From the NCBI RefSeq assembly GCF_001194135.2, contig NC_068982.1, positions 35,050,663 through 35,114,662 on the forward strand: 64,000 nt of DNA, written 5' to 3'. The translations under genes were made by a program, and so were the position numbers. A model generated the notes under the pieces. That model was given only the letters and a program-made list of their open reading frames with translations, did no database searches and was not told the origin of the DNA. Positions 24,730 through 38,777 of this stretch are shown one piece after another. How positions within the stretch are numbered: position 1 is the first letter of the stretch; each line of letters starts with the position of its first letter. Source of the stretch: Octopus bimaculoides. Its lineage: Eukaryota.

Positions 24730-25038
24730 CTAAATTGCATCAAATTAGAATAAAATACTCCATTAATATTCCGAGCTGTCTGTGATGCTGTATTTCCAAG
24801 AGAGAACTCATATTTCAAAACTGTGCGAATTTCCGACTTATCCATCTCTAAACAAAAATAGTCAAAAAAATGATTTATAAATATTTTATAAAGCACAAAA
24901 TGAGTTAGAATAAAGGAATAGATGTGTCAGCTTTCTAACAAAAAATAAAGATTGTCAAAATATAATAATGGCGCAAAATGAGCAGCTGTCAAAAGTTTAC
25001 TATATACCTTACTACAATTTTCATACTTGACGAACTAA
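24730..25038 (-). mobile_element. mariner 5' fragment (transposase N-terminal HTH)
   Basis: ATG at 24845 reads MDKSEIRTVLKYEFSLGNTASQTARNINGVF, typical of a mariner N-terminus; possible TIR ending at 25038 next to TA. Confidence 0.8.
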
Positions 25039-25072
25039 TAAAAGCTTCTGGACAGCTTGTATTATAAATTAT

Positions 25073-25270
25073 TTAACCTTTAGCATTCAGATTATTCTAC
25101 AAATTGTAATACTTATTTATATACATTGTATTGAATTAATCGTGCATTATCTCATAGTTTCGGGAGTTGGATGGTGAAGTTTTGATAGAACGACGTTTTA
25201 AGGAAGGTGTGAGACACTAGATCTAACAAGTTTGAGCATAAAACAGGTCGAATGATTGAATTAGATCTGC
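25073..25270 (+). mobile_element. possible piggyBac-type MITE fragment
   Basis: Begins TTAACCTTTAGCATTCAGATT (TTAA-CC(C)T-like terminus); other end not found. Confidence 0.35.
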
Positions 25271-26789
25271 TATGATTTAATAAATAGTATGACAATGTGA
25301 TAATTCATTCCAGAAGAACTGATGTTTAAATTAAAGTTGAAAATGTATTTTGTACGGATTCTAAATACGTTAAATGATTTGATATCAACTAAAATGAACA
25401 TATTTTGAAAATGTTCAACAATGTGTTTATGTTATATTTTGTCATTTCATTTATTTATTTTTCTTTTCGAATTTTCAAATTTATATCGACAATTTAATAA
25501 CGTAATTTGATTAAATTTTTCGTTGTGCTGTTTAAAATTAACAAATGCCGACTAAATTTATCAGTTTTGCAACTAATAAACGATGAATGATAATTAATAA
25601 ATTATTTCTTTAGGCAATTCAAGCCAAGCCATTTTAGTGAAATTGGTTAGATGGAAACTATTGCTGTAATTCGAAGGTCCATCCTTGAAACGCAGTGTCT
25701 CGCTGTATCTACTTGAAAATTACGCTATGACAACGAGATTCTGTGGAATACTTCGTCACTTAAGCATTAAGTAAATGAGTATGTAGTTGTATTGATTGAA
25801 TAACTGGCGTATTTATTCGTCGAAATCGATACTTGAGTCCATTCATACAAGATGAAATTTATTCGTGACGCAGGAAGAGACTACATCTACTTGACTAAAT
25901 TGCTGGTACCTATCTATTCTGCCAGGAATGCAAGGGTCAACTAACAGCACGAATTTGATCTCACAATAATGAGTTGATACGTAGATGATAATTGCAATCA
26001 AGAGTCCAGTAATGGGTACTCTGGTTTGGATATCTTCACGACTATTAATTTAATTAGCAATTATCAGTGTATTCCTTGAAATTTTCAATGTACAAGTTAT
26101 TTCAGAGAGGTTTTATGAATACAATTTAGTAACAAATTTTCGATTACTGCCGGATTTTCTCTGCACTTTCTATATCCAAGATGTCCGACACCAATAAAAT
26201 ATCAAATGCAATAATTCATTATTTATTTATTTTATTGTACTGTATTTCTAAAATTGCATTGTGTAGTGTTATTTTGTTTCTTGGTGTATGCATATATAGA
26301 TATGTGTATGTGCATGCGCGCGCGCGTAATATATACACATATATATTTATCAAATATGTGCATTTGCACATATATCTAATATATACATATGCATATATAT
26401 ATATATANNNNNNNNNNNNNNNNNNNNNNNNNNNNNNNNNNNNNNNNNNNNNNNNNNNNNNNNNNNNNNNNNNNNNNNNNNNNNNNNNNNNNNNNNNNNN
26501 NNNNNNNNNNNNNNNNNNNNNNNNNNNNNNNNNNNNNNNNNNNNNNNNNNNNNNNNNNNNNNNNNNNNNNNNNNNNNNNNNNNNNNNNNNNNNNNNNNNN
26601 NNNNNNNNNNNNNNNNNNNNNNNNNNNNNNNNNNNNNNNNNNNNNNNNNNNNNNNNNNNNNNNNNNNNNNNNNNNNNNNNNNNNNNNNNNNNNNNNNNNN
26701 NNNNNNNNNNNNNNNNNNNNNNNNNNNNNNNNNNNNNNNNNNNNNNNNNNNNNNNNNNNNNNNNNNNNATATATATATATATATATATA

Positions 26790-26950
26790 CGACGGGCATC
26801 TTTCAGTTTCCGTCTACCAAATCCACTCACAAGGCTTTGGTCGGCCTGAGGCTATAGTAGAAGACACTTGCCCAAGGTGCTACGCAGTGGGACTGAACTC
26901 ATGACCATGTTGTTGGTAAGCAAGCTACTTACCACACAGCCACTCCTGCG
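26790..26950 (-). mobile_element. SINE family A 5' half
   Basis: Reverse complement of the family A head. Confidence 0.85.
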
Positions 26951-27433
26951 CCTATACAATATATTCATTGGAAAATATTCGAAGTCTTATACCTGTTTCT
27001 ATATACGACTTGAGATGTTTACCTTGCCTCAATGTTTGTTGTCCTCTTTAACAATTATATATCCACTGCATCGGAAATCTGTAATGGTTCCATCCATAAC
27101 TACCGTCTCGGCTATAACCTTGGAGTCCTAGTAATCCGTTACAACATTTACTTAGCGTGCCTATTCATTCAGATCACCTGTGAACTAAACCCCCGTACTT
27201 TTTGTGTGTGTATATATATATCTTGCTGTTTTTTTTAACCCGAAAGAATTAATCATAATCAGAAACAAATAACAATATCGCATTAACTGAAAATCAATTT
27301 TACCCACGAACAAGAGACGAAACATACCTCCCAAGTGCATTGTATCAAGAGTTTGAATGTATTTTTCTTCGAAGTATTACGTCTCTGATTTAGAAAAAAT
27401 TACAAGAAAGAAATAACGTTGTTGTTTTCCTAT

Positions 27434-27434
27434 A

Positions 27435-27506
<72 letters not shown>
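27434..27506. repeat. (AAT)n microsatellite
   Basis: Directly visible. Confidence 0.95.
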
Positions 27507-27507
<1 letters not shown>

Positions 27508-28759
27508 TCTTTGAAGTGAAACAATTTCATCTATGAATTCAAATTAAATCTTAGATTTTGCGCACTAGGAACTTGCCTCCTACATTAAGGACATCGCCAT
27601 TCGATTAACAGTCATTGATGTGCTTGGAGTAGATTGATTTCAGTTAGCGTGATTTTATTATTTGTTTCATGGAATTTAACCTCAGTTTAGTGCTTGACTT
27701 TCAAAGATATCTATCCTCGTTTATCAACAACACCATGTTTATAACACCATGTTAACTGAATCAGTAATAAATTAATAATGAAATATATGGGAAAATAGGT
27801 TTTATTCCGAGGCCCCAAGTTGTCTTAAGAATTGTGGATGTTCGCTTGGAGGTGCTTTTGCGATCCAAGCAACTGGCAACCGATCCGTGTAATCACAATT
27901 CAATTTATGATAAGAGTAACACGATTCACAATTAGACGTTTCACCTGGATCAGTGATGAATGAATCACTAATCAACGAGGATAGATGTATTTTATTACAC
28001 TAATATTGAGATAGAGGACTTCGGTAATATTTGAACCAGGATTTGAAAGGGGGGAAAAAAAAAAACTAAAATCATTAATGGGTTTAGTTTTTTACTGTCC
28101 CAGAAATTTCCACAACCATCTAGAGTATCATGTATTAAGTTGTATGCTCTCTTTAAAAGGACAAATCTGAATTGCTCATATAAATAGAAACAGCCTAAAC
28201 TTTCAAGGATAAAAGCTTGTCTAGGCCACTCAAACGTTAACATCGTATACACAGCCTTGCTATTTGGAGAATCGGTGCATTTGTCAAATCTATAGTTGCA
28301 AAAGGAGGGTGTGTTTTCCTCTCCGTGTAAGAAACATATAAAACACGGAGACTCGGTTATTGATGTGTAAAGTCACTGTGAAGAAGGGAGTGGGTAGCAC
28401 ATAAAGGAGTCTAAGTGTATTCTGTAAAGTTTAGGGAGCTATTTGAGAGTTTCGGAATGGGACAGACTGCTGTGAAAATACACCAGCAAAATAAGAATAA
28501 AATAAAATAACATTAATATATGTCAACAGGATTTGTCGTTTACCGGAAGTAAGTCTGCGGGTGTGCTCCCTACGTTAGAGAAAAATGGGTGTTAAAGGGA
28601 TATGTATGGTCTGGAAGTAGATTGCAGACTTAAAAAGAGAGATATGAGGACATATATCGAGAGAGGGGGGACAGAGGGGAAGCGAAGGAAAGAGAGAGTG
28701 TTAAAAAGACAGAGATGACATTGCAATTATACGTAAGTGTAGACGCATATCTGTGTGTG

Positions 28760-28827
<68 letters not shown>

Positions 28828-29356
28828 CATATATTTACTGCTGTAGTTCTATGTATGTGTATACGTGTGCATGCGAACTTGTGAAAATGATCTATGTCTT
28901 TATGCGTGTTGTGTTAAGAAACGGCAAACAGCAAAAGAGAAACAAGGACAGGTCTGCAATTTATTGCAGTGCCCCCAAATCGACATATATAGGTCTGCAC
29001 TTGTTCACTTGCCTCTGTTTTATTATTGTGATAGTTTCTGTTCTAAACATCGCCTTAAGAACTCCCCCCCACCACCACCACCACTTAAACAGCACGGTAG
29101 CCGCTACATTTAAAGTACGGTGTGGGGTCTTCTGTTTGAACACCGAAGGTGAGAACGACATAAATATGCAAATAACTCTCACCTACATAATCACAGACAC
29201 CACGCATATTCACTAAAGACACACACGCATGCAGCGCATAGATAGACGTATTTACATGTTCATATGTATACATAATACATACACACTGACGTTTATCTAT
29301 ATGCATGTGCATGCATAATATATGTATATGTAGTTAGACAGACAGACAGACTGACT

Positions 29357-29409
<53 letters not shown>

Positions 29410-29529
29410 TTATTTTATGTACAAACGCACGTTTCAAATATACACGTGCACAAAGAAACACACACACATATACATATATATATATATATACATACATATA
29501 TACACACACACATGTATATAACATTCCGT

Positions 29530-29571
<42 letters not shown>

Positions 29572-30454
29572 NNNNNNNNNNNNNNNNNNNNNNNNNNNNN
29601 NNNNNNNNNNNNNNNNNNNNNNNNNNNNNNNNNNNNNNNNNNNNNNNNNNNNNNNNNNNNNNNNNNNNNNNNNNNNNNNNNNNNNNNNNNNNNNNNNNNN
29701 NNNNNNNNNTTATAAGTGAGGGTAGCTAAGTTTATTTCGATATACACTGAGAATAACAGTGTTCGAGTTGTCATTAGTTTACGTTTCGCTGCAAATATGG
29801 CGCCGTATCTCAGTTATTTCGTACTAACCCTTTTGAAAATTAAATTCAAGTCAACGTTACTTGAAAACGACGACAAATTTAATTTGACCAATTATGTCTA
29901 ATGTGTCTCCTGAAACAACCATAAAATTGATGATTTTCCTGTAGTTAAAGGAAAACTTTATTGTTGTCGTGAGACTAATTCAGTAATTGCTTGTGTTTGA
30001 TATGTAAGAAACGTCTTTGTTAGCACCACTAACATTACTCGGAATGGATACAGATATATATTCCATTAGCGTCATTGCATCATATAGTAGCCTGAGTCCA
30101 TTTGCTGATGAATCTTTTATTCCGTTGCGATACTTCAAACCAGTATGTGATAATGAACCTACGCAATCTCTATCATAATCAGAAATCCGGATTGTTGGGT
30201 GATGAACATGATGTTACGAAGTGGCTAGAAAATACCACCCCATTCCGATAACTTAGATAACTTACACGAGAAAGTGAGGTGTCTACGATCTTTGTAGGTT
30301 ACATACACCTTCAACCAAATGAGATTGGTTTGAGTGATGTTCAGCTTGAACATTTTGGGGACTTTACTTGCAAAAAAGAAAAATAATGTACGGACAAGAC
30401 GGGATTTCGAGAGGACTGCATGAGCGCGCGTGTTTGTATGTGTGTGTGTGTCTT

Positions 30455-30650
30455 TATGTCTGTATTTGTCCCCCACCACCGCTTCACAGCTGGTGTTGAT
30501 GTGTTTACGTCCACGTAACTTAGCAGTTCGGCAAAAAGTGAACAATACGATAAGTACCAGACTTTAAAAAAAAAAAAACAATTATTACTAGGGTCGAATA
30601 ATTCGACAAAAAAATTCTTCACAGCAGTGCCCCAGCATGACCGCAGTAAA
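30455..30650 (+). mobile_element. SINE family A 3' half
   Basis: TTTGTCCCCCACCACCGC..AACTTAGCAGTTCGGCAAAA..CCAGCATGACCGCAGT. Confidence 0.8.
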
Positions 30651-31444
30651 AACAAAGAAAAGAAAAGGAGTTGAGAGAGTTGTTAAATCGTCAGAGACGA
30701 TACTCTTTGTTACTTGCACCTGATCTCTGTAATCTAAATTCAAATACCTTTACCTTTCATTCTTTCGGACTCATAAAAATAAAAGTAAAAACCGTACCAT
30801 TCCAGAACGGTGAATTGGTAGGATGCCTAGCAATAGTTCTTTGAGAGTTGTAATAGATTTAATCACTCATCTTCTACAAAAACAAATCTATTTCTCGTAT
30901 AATAGGCATTTGTAATTTTAATATAATTAGTTGTTGGTTTTTAATTTCATTTCAGATATTCCTGGGATTTAAAGATTCGTATTATAAAGTAAATATTTTT
31001 ATGTTGGTAATTTATTCTGGATGGATATTTCACTTTTCCCTTCTTTACAACACCCTCGCCCACTTATTATGTAATAAATCTGCTAGTCAGTATTGGTGAG
31101 TCATCAAGTTTATCCCTACTGTATTGACATTTATGACTCATCGGTTAATTACATAATAACTCTACAACTAGATACTGCAATACAGGAAGAGTGGTACATG
31201 TGGTAAATCGAGATGAAAAAAAGAGTGGATTCCGAGACGGCTAGGCGGCCTTTCTATTGTTTTATAATTGAATATAATCAAGAAACAACCAAATCATCTG
31301 AAGATCATCAGAACCTTCGATAATATTATGGTGTTGCTGCTGTTGCTGCTGTTGCTACAACTGATATTGTTGTATGAATATCTGTGACAAGATATTAAAC
31401 TGTTGTGTGTGCTAATGCATCAATATACTAATCTTACTCGGGTA

Positions 31445-31650
31445 TTCTGGTTGTTGTCCTTTAAGCCCTGTCAACCCTAACCGAGCAAATCTATCGACAA
31501 AAGTATTCCAGCCGTAACCTCACGTCTGTCTAGGAATATCTAGGAATAAATTTCCTAATGCGTCCTTATCTATTTTTTTTTTGTTCTTTTTCTTTTGCGA
31601 TGGTAGGGCGCGATTTGAGCGGAATTCGACTGCTGCTCCTAGCTGGTCAA
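31445..31650 (+). mobile_element. interspersed repeat family D (other copies near 37855, 40340, 50045, 62670)
   Basis: Shared motifs GCCC..GAGCA.A.CTAT..ATTCCAGCCGT and GATTT.G.TGCT.TTTCTAGC. Confidence 0.55.
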
Positions 31651-31789
31651 TATATTAATATTTCTGACCTTTTTCTCTGTCTCTCAGGCATACATCGCTG
31701 CCCCCATGATGATTAATGTAGACATGTGATGCTTGGTTTGGAACCTTGGTTGATGGAGGAGTTGCAAACTGGAAGACAGCTGCAGCTTT

Positions 31790-32120
31790 GCATTATAACT
31801 GGCACTCCGTAGATTACGACGAAGAGTTCTCTAGTTGATCCGATCAACGTTACAACCTGCTTGGGAAATTAACGTGCAAGTGGGTGAGCACTCTACAGAC
31901 ACGTGTACCTTTAGCATAGTTTTCAGGAAGATTCGGCGTGACACATAATGTTACAAGGCTGACTTTTGAATTACAGGTACAACTTATTTTTGTCAGCTAA
32001 GTGGGGAAGGAGCAACGGGAAATATACTGTCTTACTCAATGTCACAACACACCTCCATGAATCGAACTCACGACCTTATGATTGTAAACCAAATCTCCTA
32101 ACCACTAAGCCGTGCGCCTT
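31790..32120 (-). mobile_element. SINE family C
   Basis: Reverse complement of the 13964-14286 element. Confidence 0.85.
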
Positions 32121-33328
32121 CACTTTGCATCATAGGCTCCCTTTGTTGATCCAACTCCTTGTCAGTTTCCCACTCTGTTTGGTAGTCAAGTTTACAACAC
32201 AATTTCGATTGTTGAGTGAAGTTATTTTGCATCACCTTATGTCTAATACTTCGGAAATCGACATGACTCCTTTCGGATTACTTAGTTCGTTGTTAATTCT
32301 TTTGCTTTCATTTTATACGTTCACATTGCTCTAAGCCTTAAACTTCCTTACAGAACTGAGTGGATTACATGCTGTGCATGAAAACTGAAGGTAAACTCAA
32401 ATATCTTTGCAACAAGGTTTGAGTAAAATTGATGGTTTTAAAGTATGTACTTTTATATTACGTGTGAATACGTTCAAAAATCAAGCTAATATCATGTTAT
32501 CTTTCATCCTTTTTGAGGGTAGGGATGGAAAGGATTATTGAATGAACTTCCAAGCAGACAGTGCATTGTAGCTATTACCGTGAAGTAGATTGTAAGAGGC
32601 CGGTTGTTTTGATTCGGTTAAATGCCATTTATTTGACTTATACTGTTAAATTCCTTTGCCAAGGGCATTGAATTAACAGCAAATCTTTTATCTTCCATTA
32701 AAATCAGAGATCTCACATTCAACAACACACACATATATATATATATATATATANNNNNNNNNNNNNNNNNNNNNNNNNNNNNNNNNNNNNNNNNNNNNNN
32801 NNNNNNNNNNNNNNNNNNNNNNNNNNNNNNNNNNNNNNNNNNNNNNNNNNNNNNNNNNNNNNNNNNNNNNNNNNNNNNNNNNNNNNNNNNNNNNNNNNNN
32901 NNNNNNNNNNNNNNNNNNNNNNNNNNNNNNNNNNNNNNNNNNNNNNNNNNNNNNNNNNNNNNNNNNNNNNNNNNNNNNNNNNNNNNNNNNNNNNNNNNNN
33001 NNNNNNNNNNNNNNNNNNNNNNNNNNNNNNNNNNNNNNNNNNNNNNNNNNNNNNNNNNNATATATTGATTATGCTTAGAAATATCGTTACTAATAACCAT
33101 TTCTTAGAACTCAATATAGTTATACTTTAGAGTAAAGTACCAGTTGAGTATAGAATATATTATGTATTAATGAAGACAAAAGGACAGGAGTTACGTAATC
33201 CCTTTATTTAAATGGCCCGCAAAAGCTATAAGATATCGCACAAGCACTCAGCCCTAAGTGCAATGCTCCTAATAGCAGAAACAATTGTAAGCTAATGAAA
33301 GTGATTCCGTAAATCTTGAACTTTTGCC

Positions 33329-33823
33329 ATCTTACTATAACGTTACGTCCGTCTGTCTGTCTGTTCCCTCTTCATGGTCAACGGCTGGACTAATAATCAC
33401 GATGCTTTTCGGGATTAAGAAGGAGGTAATCAGGGACGTTTTAGTGAAAAAAATGTGAAAAAGTATGATTATTTAGTGAATATTGAGTTTTGTATTAATA
33501 AATCACCTTTGATATTTTTCGTTAAAACTCTGGTGACGAGGATTAACTCTGGATTTCCGCCCCATATAGTTTGTGAATTTAGAGGGTTTAGATTTTGCGA
33601 TACTGTCCCTCTATATCACATCGTAGATGAGCAGATTTGCTATCTTACTATATTGGGCGTTATGTCCGTCTTTCTGTGCGTCTGTCCGTCTTTCTGTGCG
33701 TCTGTCCGTCTTTCTGTGCGTCTGTCCGTCTTTCTGTGCGTCTGTCCGTCTCTTTGTCTGTTTCCACTTCACGGCCAGTCGGCTGGACCAATAGTTACGA
33801 TATTTTTCGGGATTATAATGACG
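33329..33823 (+). mobile_element. Helitron/DINE-1-like non-autonomous repeat, two tandem 5' modules, with 20-bp tandem repeat
   Basis: ATCTTACTATA..CGTTA.GTCCGTCT..CGGCTGGAC.AATA..CGAT..TTTTCGGGATTA at 33329 and 33642; (TGTCCGTCTTTCTGTGCGTC)x4.5. Confidence 0.55.
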
Positions 33824-34219
33824 NNNNNNNNNNNNNNNNNNNNNNNNNNNNNNNNNNNNNNNNNNNNNNNNNNNNNNNNNNNNNNNNNNNNNNNNNNNNN
33901 NNNNNNNNNNNNNNNNNNNNNNNNNNNNNNNNNNNNNNNNNNNNNNNNNNNNNNNNNNNNNNNNNNNNNNNNNNNNNNNNNNNNNNNNNNNNNNNNNNNN
34001 NNNNNNNNNNNNNNNNNNNNNNNNNNNNNNNNNNNNNNNNNNNNNNNNNNNNNNNNNNNNNNNNNNNNNNNNNNNNNNNNNNNNNNNNNNNNNNNNNNNN
34101 NNNNNNNNNNNNNNNNNNNNNNNNNNNNNNNNNNNNNNNNNNNNNNNNNNNNNNNNNNNNNNNNNNNNNNNNNNNNNNNNNNNNNNNNNNNNNNNNNNNN
34201 NNNNNNNNNNNNNNNNNNN

Positions 34220-34254
<35 letters not shown>

Positions 34255-34762
34255 ATATCTGTATATATCTATATATGTATCTGTATATATATATACACAT
34301 ATGTACATGTATAGAGAGAAAGACAGAGGGAGAGGGAGAGAGAGAGACAGACAGACAGACAGAAGGAGAAGAGCAGTTAAAAAACTTATCTTCCATGCGT
34401 GTTGAATGATCAATGTTTAAATAAAACATCGACAATTTTCCTTGTAATAATGTAAGGCAGACGAAATGAATTAAGTCTATTTTAACGTTAGCGTGGTTAA
34501 TATCATGTTTAATGTACAAACTAAATAAATCAATTTTAAAAAATTAATTTACTTTAAATTTAGTACATACTACATTCTTCAGCTGTATATTCCATATTTT
34601 CTCTGAAAAAAATATGCCTTACTTAAAAATATTTTTACCTTAATTCATCCACATCAATTCGTAATATTTCAAACTAGTTAAATATTTCACAATATTTCAA
34701 AATAGTTAAAGAGAAAGAAGTCATGATTCTTCGATCACAGTTCAACAGGCTTCTAGCTTGGA

Positions 34763-35248
34763 GTGAAAAAACGACCAGTGATTTACAAAACACTAAAAGT
34801 ATCGACAAGGAAAATTGAAGTGGCAACCATAGAGGACATCGAGAAGTGTCCGAAAGAGGTCAAAAAGGTTAAGATGTTTATAACAAGAGGAAGAAGATAT
34901 GGCACAGTGGAGGTGCGATTCGCAAGCAAAGACGAAGCGATAAAGCACTCCACTGATGCCATAAAGACAGAAGAGTGGGTGCTCCTACCGACATACTGTG
35001 GCAAACGAATGGTCAGAGTAAGAGTGGGAAAAGTACCACCAGAGTTGAATGAAACATGGCTGGTTGCATGTACAATATGGAGGAAGATGCGAAGATCCTG
35101 AGAGTAACAAGAACGAAAAGAGTCAACTGGTGGGGTTAAGGAATCGAGATGGCAGTTCAGACAACGGTGAGTGACATGAATAAGATTCCAGAAGAAATAA
35201 TATTACCCGAAGATATGAGATTGAGAGTGGTGGTGGAGGGCAGGCCTC
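34763..35248 (+). pseudogene. LINE ORF1-like relic, homologue of 18906-19451
   Basis: IYKTLKV..RGRRYGTVEVRF..IKTEEWVLLPTYCGKRMVRVRVGKVP; after a frameshift continues ..IPEEIILPEDMRLRVVVEGRP. Confidence 0.75.
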
Positions 35249-35249
35249 A

Positions 35250-35956
35250 CATATTATCCTGATGGAAGAACACCTTTCGTCTGGAAACCAAAGATGGTCG
35301 TTTTCCTTCTAGCGCTGACTTAAGCCGCTCAAGCTGCTCGCAGTAGATCCCTTTGCTATCGTTTGGTTTGAGTTTAAAAGTTCAAAGTGGACTAGACCTT
35401 TCATATCCCATCAAACAAATAACAACACCTTACGTGGGTGAAGACCTTCTTCAACATGAGGTGCCGGTATCTCTCCTTTCTCTACCCACTGTCTTCAGCG
35501 CTTAAGATTTTTATAGAGAACCAATTTCTCGAGACAAGAATTTCTCGAGCAAAGAAGAGCACACATTCGCTCTCTGCACGCGATTAGAGTAGAAAGTTTG
35601 TGAGGAACCCATTGACTCAATTTGCTGACTCTTTCAATGGCACACAGGTGTCGATGAAAGGCTGAATGAACAGATCCAAGATTCTCTGTTTGTTCCTCAA
35701 CAGTTACAGTGAGATTTTATTCCACCAGGGAATGCAGGACGTCCTCGTCGAGTTCTACAGATTTTCCAGGACGTGGATCGTCTTCTAGGCTGTAGTTTCC
35801 GGCTCGGAATTTCTAGAACCACCGTTGACATTGACTTACGCTTATTGTCCGATCCCTATACACTGTATTAGTATTCCTCGCACTTTCCGTTGTGTTGTTG
35901 CCTTTATTGAACTTATAAAGCAAAAAATGCTGAATATGCTCCTTTGTCACTTTCAT
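35250..35956 (-). pseudogene. mariner transposase remnant
   Basis: MKVTKEHIQHFLLYKFNKG..QRWF*KFRAGNYSLEDDPRPG..QWVPHKLS..LHPRKVLLFV*WDMKGLVHFELL..IYCEQLERL..VFFHQDN, with stops and frameshifts. Confidence 0.9.
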
Positions 35957-37473
35957 TATAACTTTGAAAAAATAACTGTTAAATATCAAACTGCATTCTT
36001 TAAAACTTGCACTAAGAATAAGGACAAGGTAAAATTACTACCTGCTTTTATAGCAAGTTGATTCAGGTAATTTATCCCGCCCCCGCTCTGATTTTAGTTC
36101 ACGCAATTATAAAAGAAAAGATGTGTATGTTTCAGAAACTTTCTAGGAAAGTTCTGCTTAGTTCCAGCTGCCGTGGTGCTATGTAAATACGATATTAAAT
36201 AAGTAATGTAAAAAATTCTTATGTATCATAAGAAGAGTTAAATATGTCATGGCAAGTACAGCACCAGTCAAGTTTATATAACCCCATCGCTGTTAATAGC
36301 GATGGAATCTTTCTTTTTGAATCCAAGGAAGATTGATAGTACTCGTGGCTATTTTCGATCGCTTACTCAAAAGAAAAAGCAATATCCATAACATTTTAAG
36401 TAGCACCCGAGACTAGTGGGGTCAAAGGAGTATGGTTAACTACAAGTAGGAGGCTTATCGTGAATGCTCGTAACAGTAAAGATTCCGCTTAATAGACACA
36501 AGGACCAGCAAGTAGTTTTAAATCGGGTGACGGATTAAGTCAACCGCCCAAGCGCTCTTCAGTGGGATTTTAAGCTCAGAATGCAAACAACCAGAACAAA
36601 TAACCCAAGCTATTCCGCTCATAACTCTAACGATTCCACTAATCCGATGCACCCAAGACTGGTACTTTACATATCAAACTTGGAAGGATGAAAAGTTAAG
36701 TTGACATCGGCGGGAGTTGAATAGCACGCAAGAAATCGGAATACATGTGGAATGTTGTCACAAGGTTATTATGGCTTTATAACGACGTAATTGTTTCAAT
36801 TTCAACACAGTCTTAAATCAAGTCACATCCAGCAATGAATATATATATATATATATANNNNNNNNNNNNNNNNNNNNNNNNNNNNNNNNNNNNNNNNNNN
36901 NNNNNNNNNNNNNNNNNNNNNNNNNNNNNNNNNNNNNNNNNNNNNNNNNNNNNNNNNNNNNNNNNNNNNNNNNNNNNNNNNNNNNNNNNNNNNNNNNNNN
37001 NNNNNNNNNNNNNNNNNNNNNNNNNNNNNNNNNNNNNNNNNNNNNNNNNNNNNNNNNNNNNNNNNNNNNNNNNNNNNNNNNNNNNNNNNNNNNNNNNNNN
37101 NNNNNNNNNNNNNNNNNNNNNNNNNNNNNNNNNNNNNNNNNNNNNNNNNNNNNNNNNNNNNNNNNNNNNNNNNNNNNNNNNNNNNNNNNNNNNNNNNNNN
37201 NNNNNNNNNNNNNNNNNNNNNNNNNNNNNNNNNNNNNNNNNNNNNNNNNNNNNNNNNNNNNNNNNNNNNNNNNNNNNNNNNNNNNNNNNNNNNNNNNNNN
37301 NNNNNNNNNNNNNNNNNNNNNNNNNNNNNNNNNNNNNNNNNNNNNNNNNNNNNNNNNNNNNNNNNNNNNNNNNNNNNNNNNNNNNNNNNNNNNNNNNNNN
37401 NNNNNNNNNNNNNNNNNNNNNNNNNNNNNNNNNNNNNNNNNNNNNNNNNNNNNNNNNNNNNNNNNNNNNNNNN

Positions 37474-37552
37474 AGAAGAAGAAGAAGAAGAAGAAGAAGA
37501 AGAAGAAGAAGAAGAAGAAGAAGAAGAAGAAGAAGAAGAAGAAGAAGAAGAA
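37474..37552. repeat. (AAG)n microsatellite
   Basis: Directly visible. Confidence 0.95.
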
Positions 37553-38129
37553 CTCTATCCGTACTTGTAAGTACATATGGTCGTGGAACGCTGCACAAAA
37601 ATGCAGGTATGGATACACATGCATCACACATGATACTCATGATGTTAATGATATCAAATATAACTATGATGCTGAATGAGACAGCATAACTATCACAATA
37701 ATACCAGTAATAACTACCACAAATTTAATAGTTTTTATTTTTAGTGGTGATGGTATTTCTGTAAGAGAGAGGCGGTTTTATCCATTCAGTCAACTAATGT
37801 TGTTATTTTTGTTATTGCTGCTGCTACATTAGCTGTTATTGTTGTTGTTGTTGTTGTTGTTTAGTCCCAGGTTACCCCAGACTGGGTAAGCCTAAACGAA
37901 CACCAGTAGTCTGGGAATAACCTGTTTTGGGGTTGTTGTTGTTGTTTTTTTTTGGTGGTGGGGTATTTGTTTTTGTCCCTTTTTTACATCAGGGACTTCA
38001 TTGCCCAATGCGTCTATCGTTTTTTTTTTTTCAAGACAGCAGACTGTTGGTTGAGCTTGATTTAGCTGCTATTTCTTGAATGTTAATTACCCAGTGTGAG
38101 CTCCCCCCCCCACCATTGACTTGATTTAG

Positions 38130-38480
38130 GTACAAGGCCAGCAATTTTGAGGAGAACGGGTGGACCACTTCATCTGCAGAACCTGACCTCAGTAGGATTT
38201 GAGATCAGATCGTAAAGTTTCGGAACAAATACTGCAAGACGTTTTGATCAGCACTCTAACGTTTTTGCCAATCCACCACTCTTGAACTTCAGCTAATGGT
38301 GAGGGAAAATAAGTATTCTATAAATCAACAAATATTAAATATTTTCTCTTAAGCGACATACTGTCTAGAAAAGAAAGATGAGTAAAGTCAAACAATGCAA
38401 CCTCGACAGGATTTGAAATCAGAATGTAAAGGAGTAACAAAATATAAAAGTACTTAACGACAACATTCTAACGATGGTGT
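38130..38480 (-). mobile_element. SINE family B, two degenerate copies
   Basis: CAAGGCCAGCAATTTTG..GGATTTGA..CTAACG blocks occur twice. Confidence 0.65.
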
Positions 38481-38678
38481 AATGACTCTACCAAATTACA
38501 GCCCCTGTAGAGATCCTAGTGCAAGTCTCCTTCGAAATCCTGAAGTACTTAGTATAGTCTGTGTGATGAGTTAGTGGACTTGTTAACTCTCAGTTTTTGT
38601 CCTGTGAGCTTCGGGACAAAAAGCTCGTGTATGTGATGTGATGTGTGTGTGTGTGTGTGTCAGAAAGGGCGAGAGACG

Positions 38679-38724
<46 letters not shown>

Positions 38725-38734
38725 NNNNNNNNNN

Positions 38735-38777
<43 letters not shown>

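Noticed and set aside
28320-28556. TATAAAA inside a 9-bp stem-loop, ACCGGAAGT ETS-like motif and GTAAGT donor
   Set aside because: Short motifs expected by chance in 64 kb; TATA-to-Inr spacing is off; no downstream coding exon identified
30940-31730. Strong acceptor-like sites at about 30955 and 31687
   Set aside because: Downstream sequence gives only short or stop-containing frames with no recognisable protein
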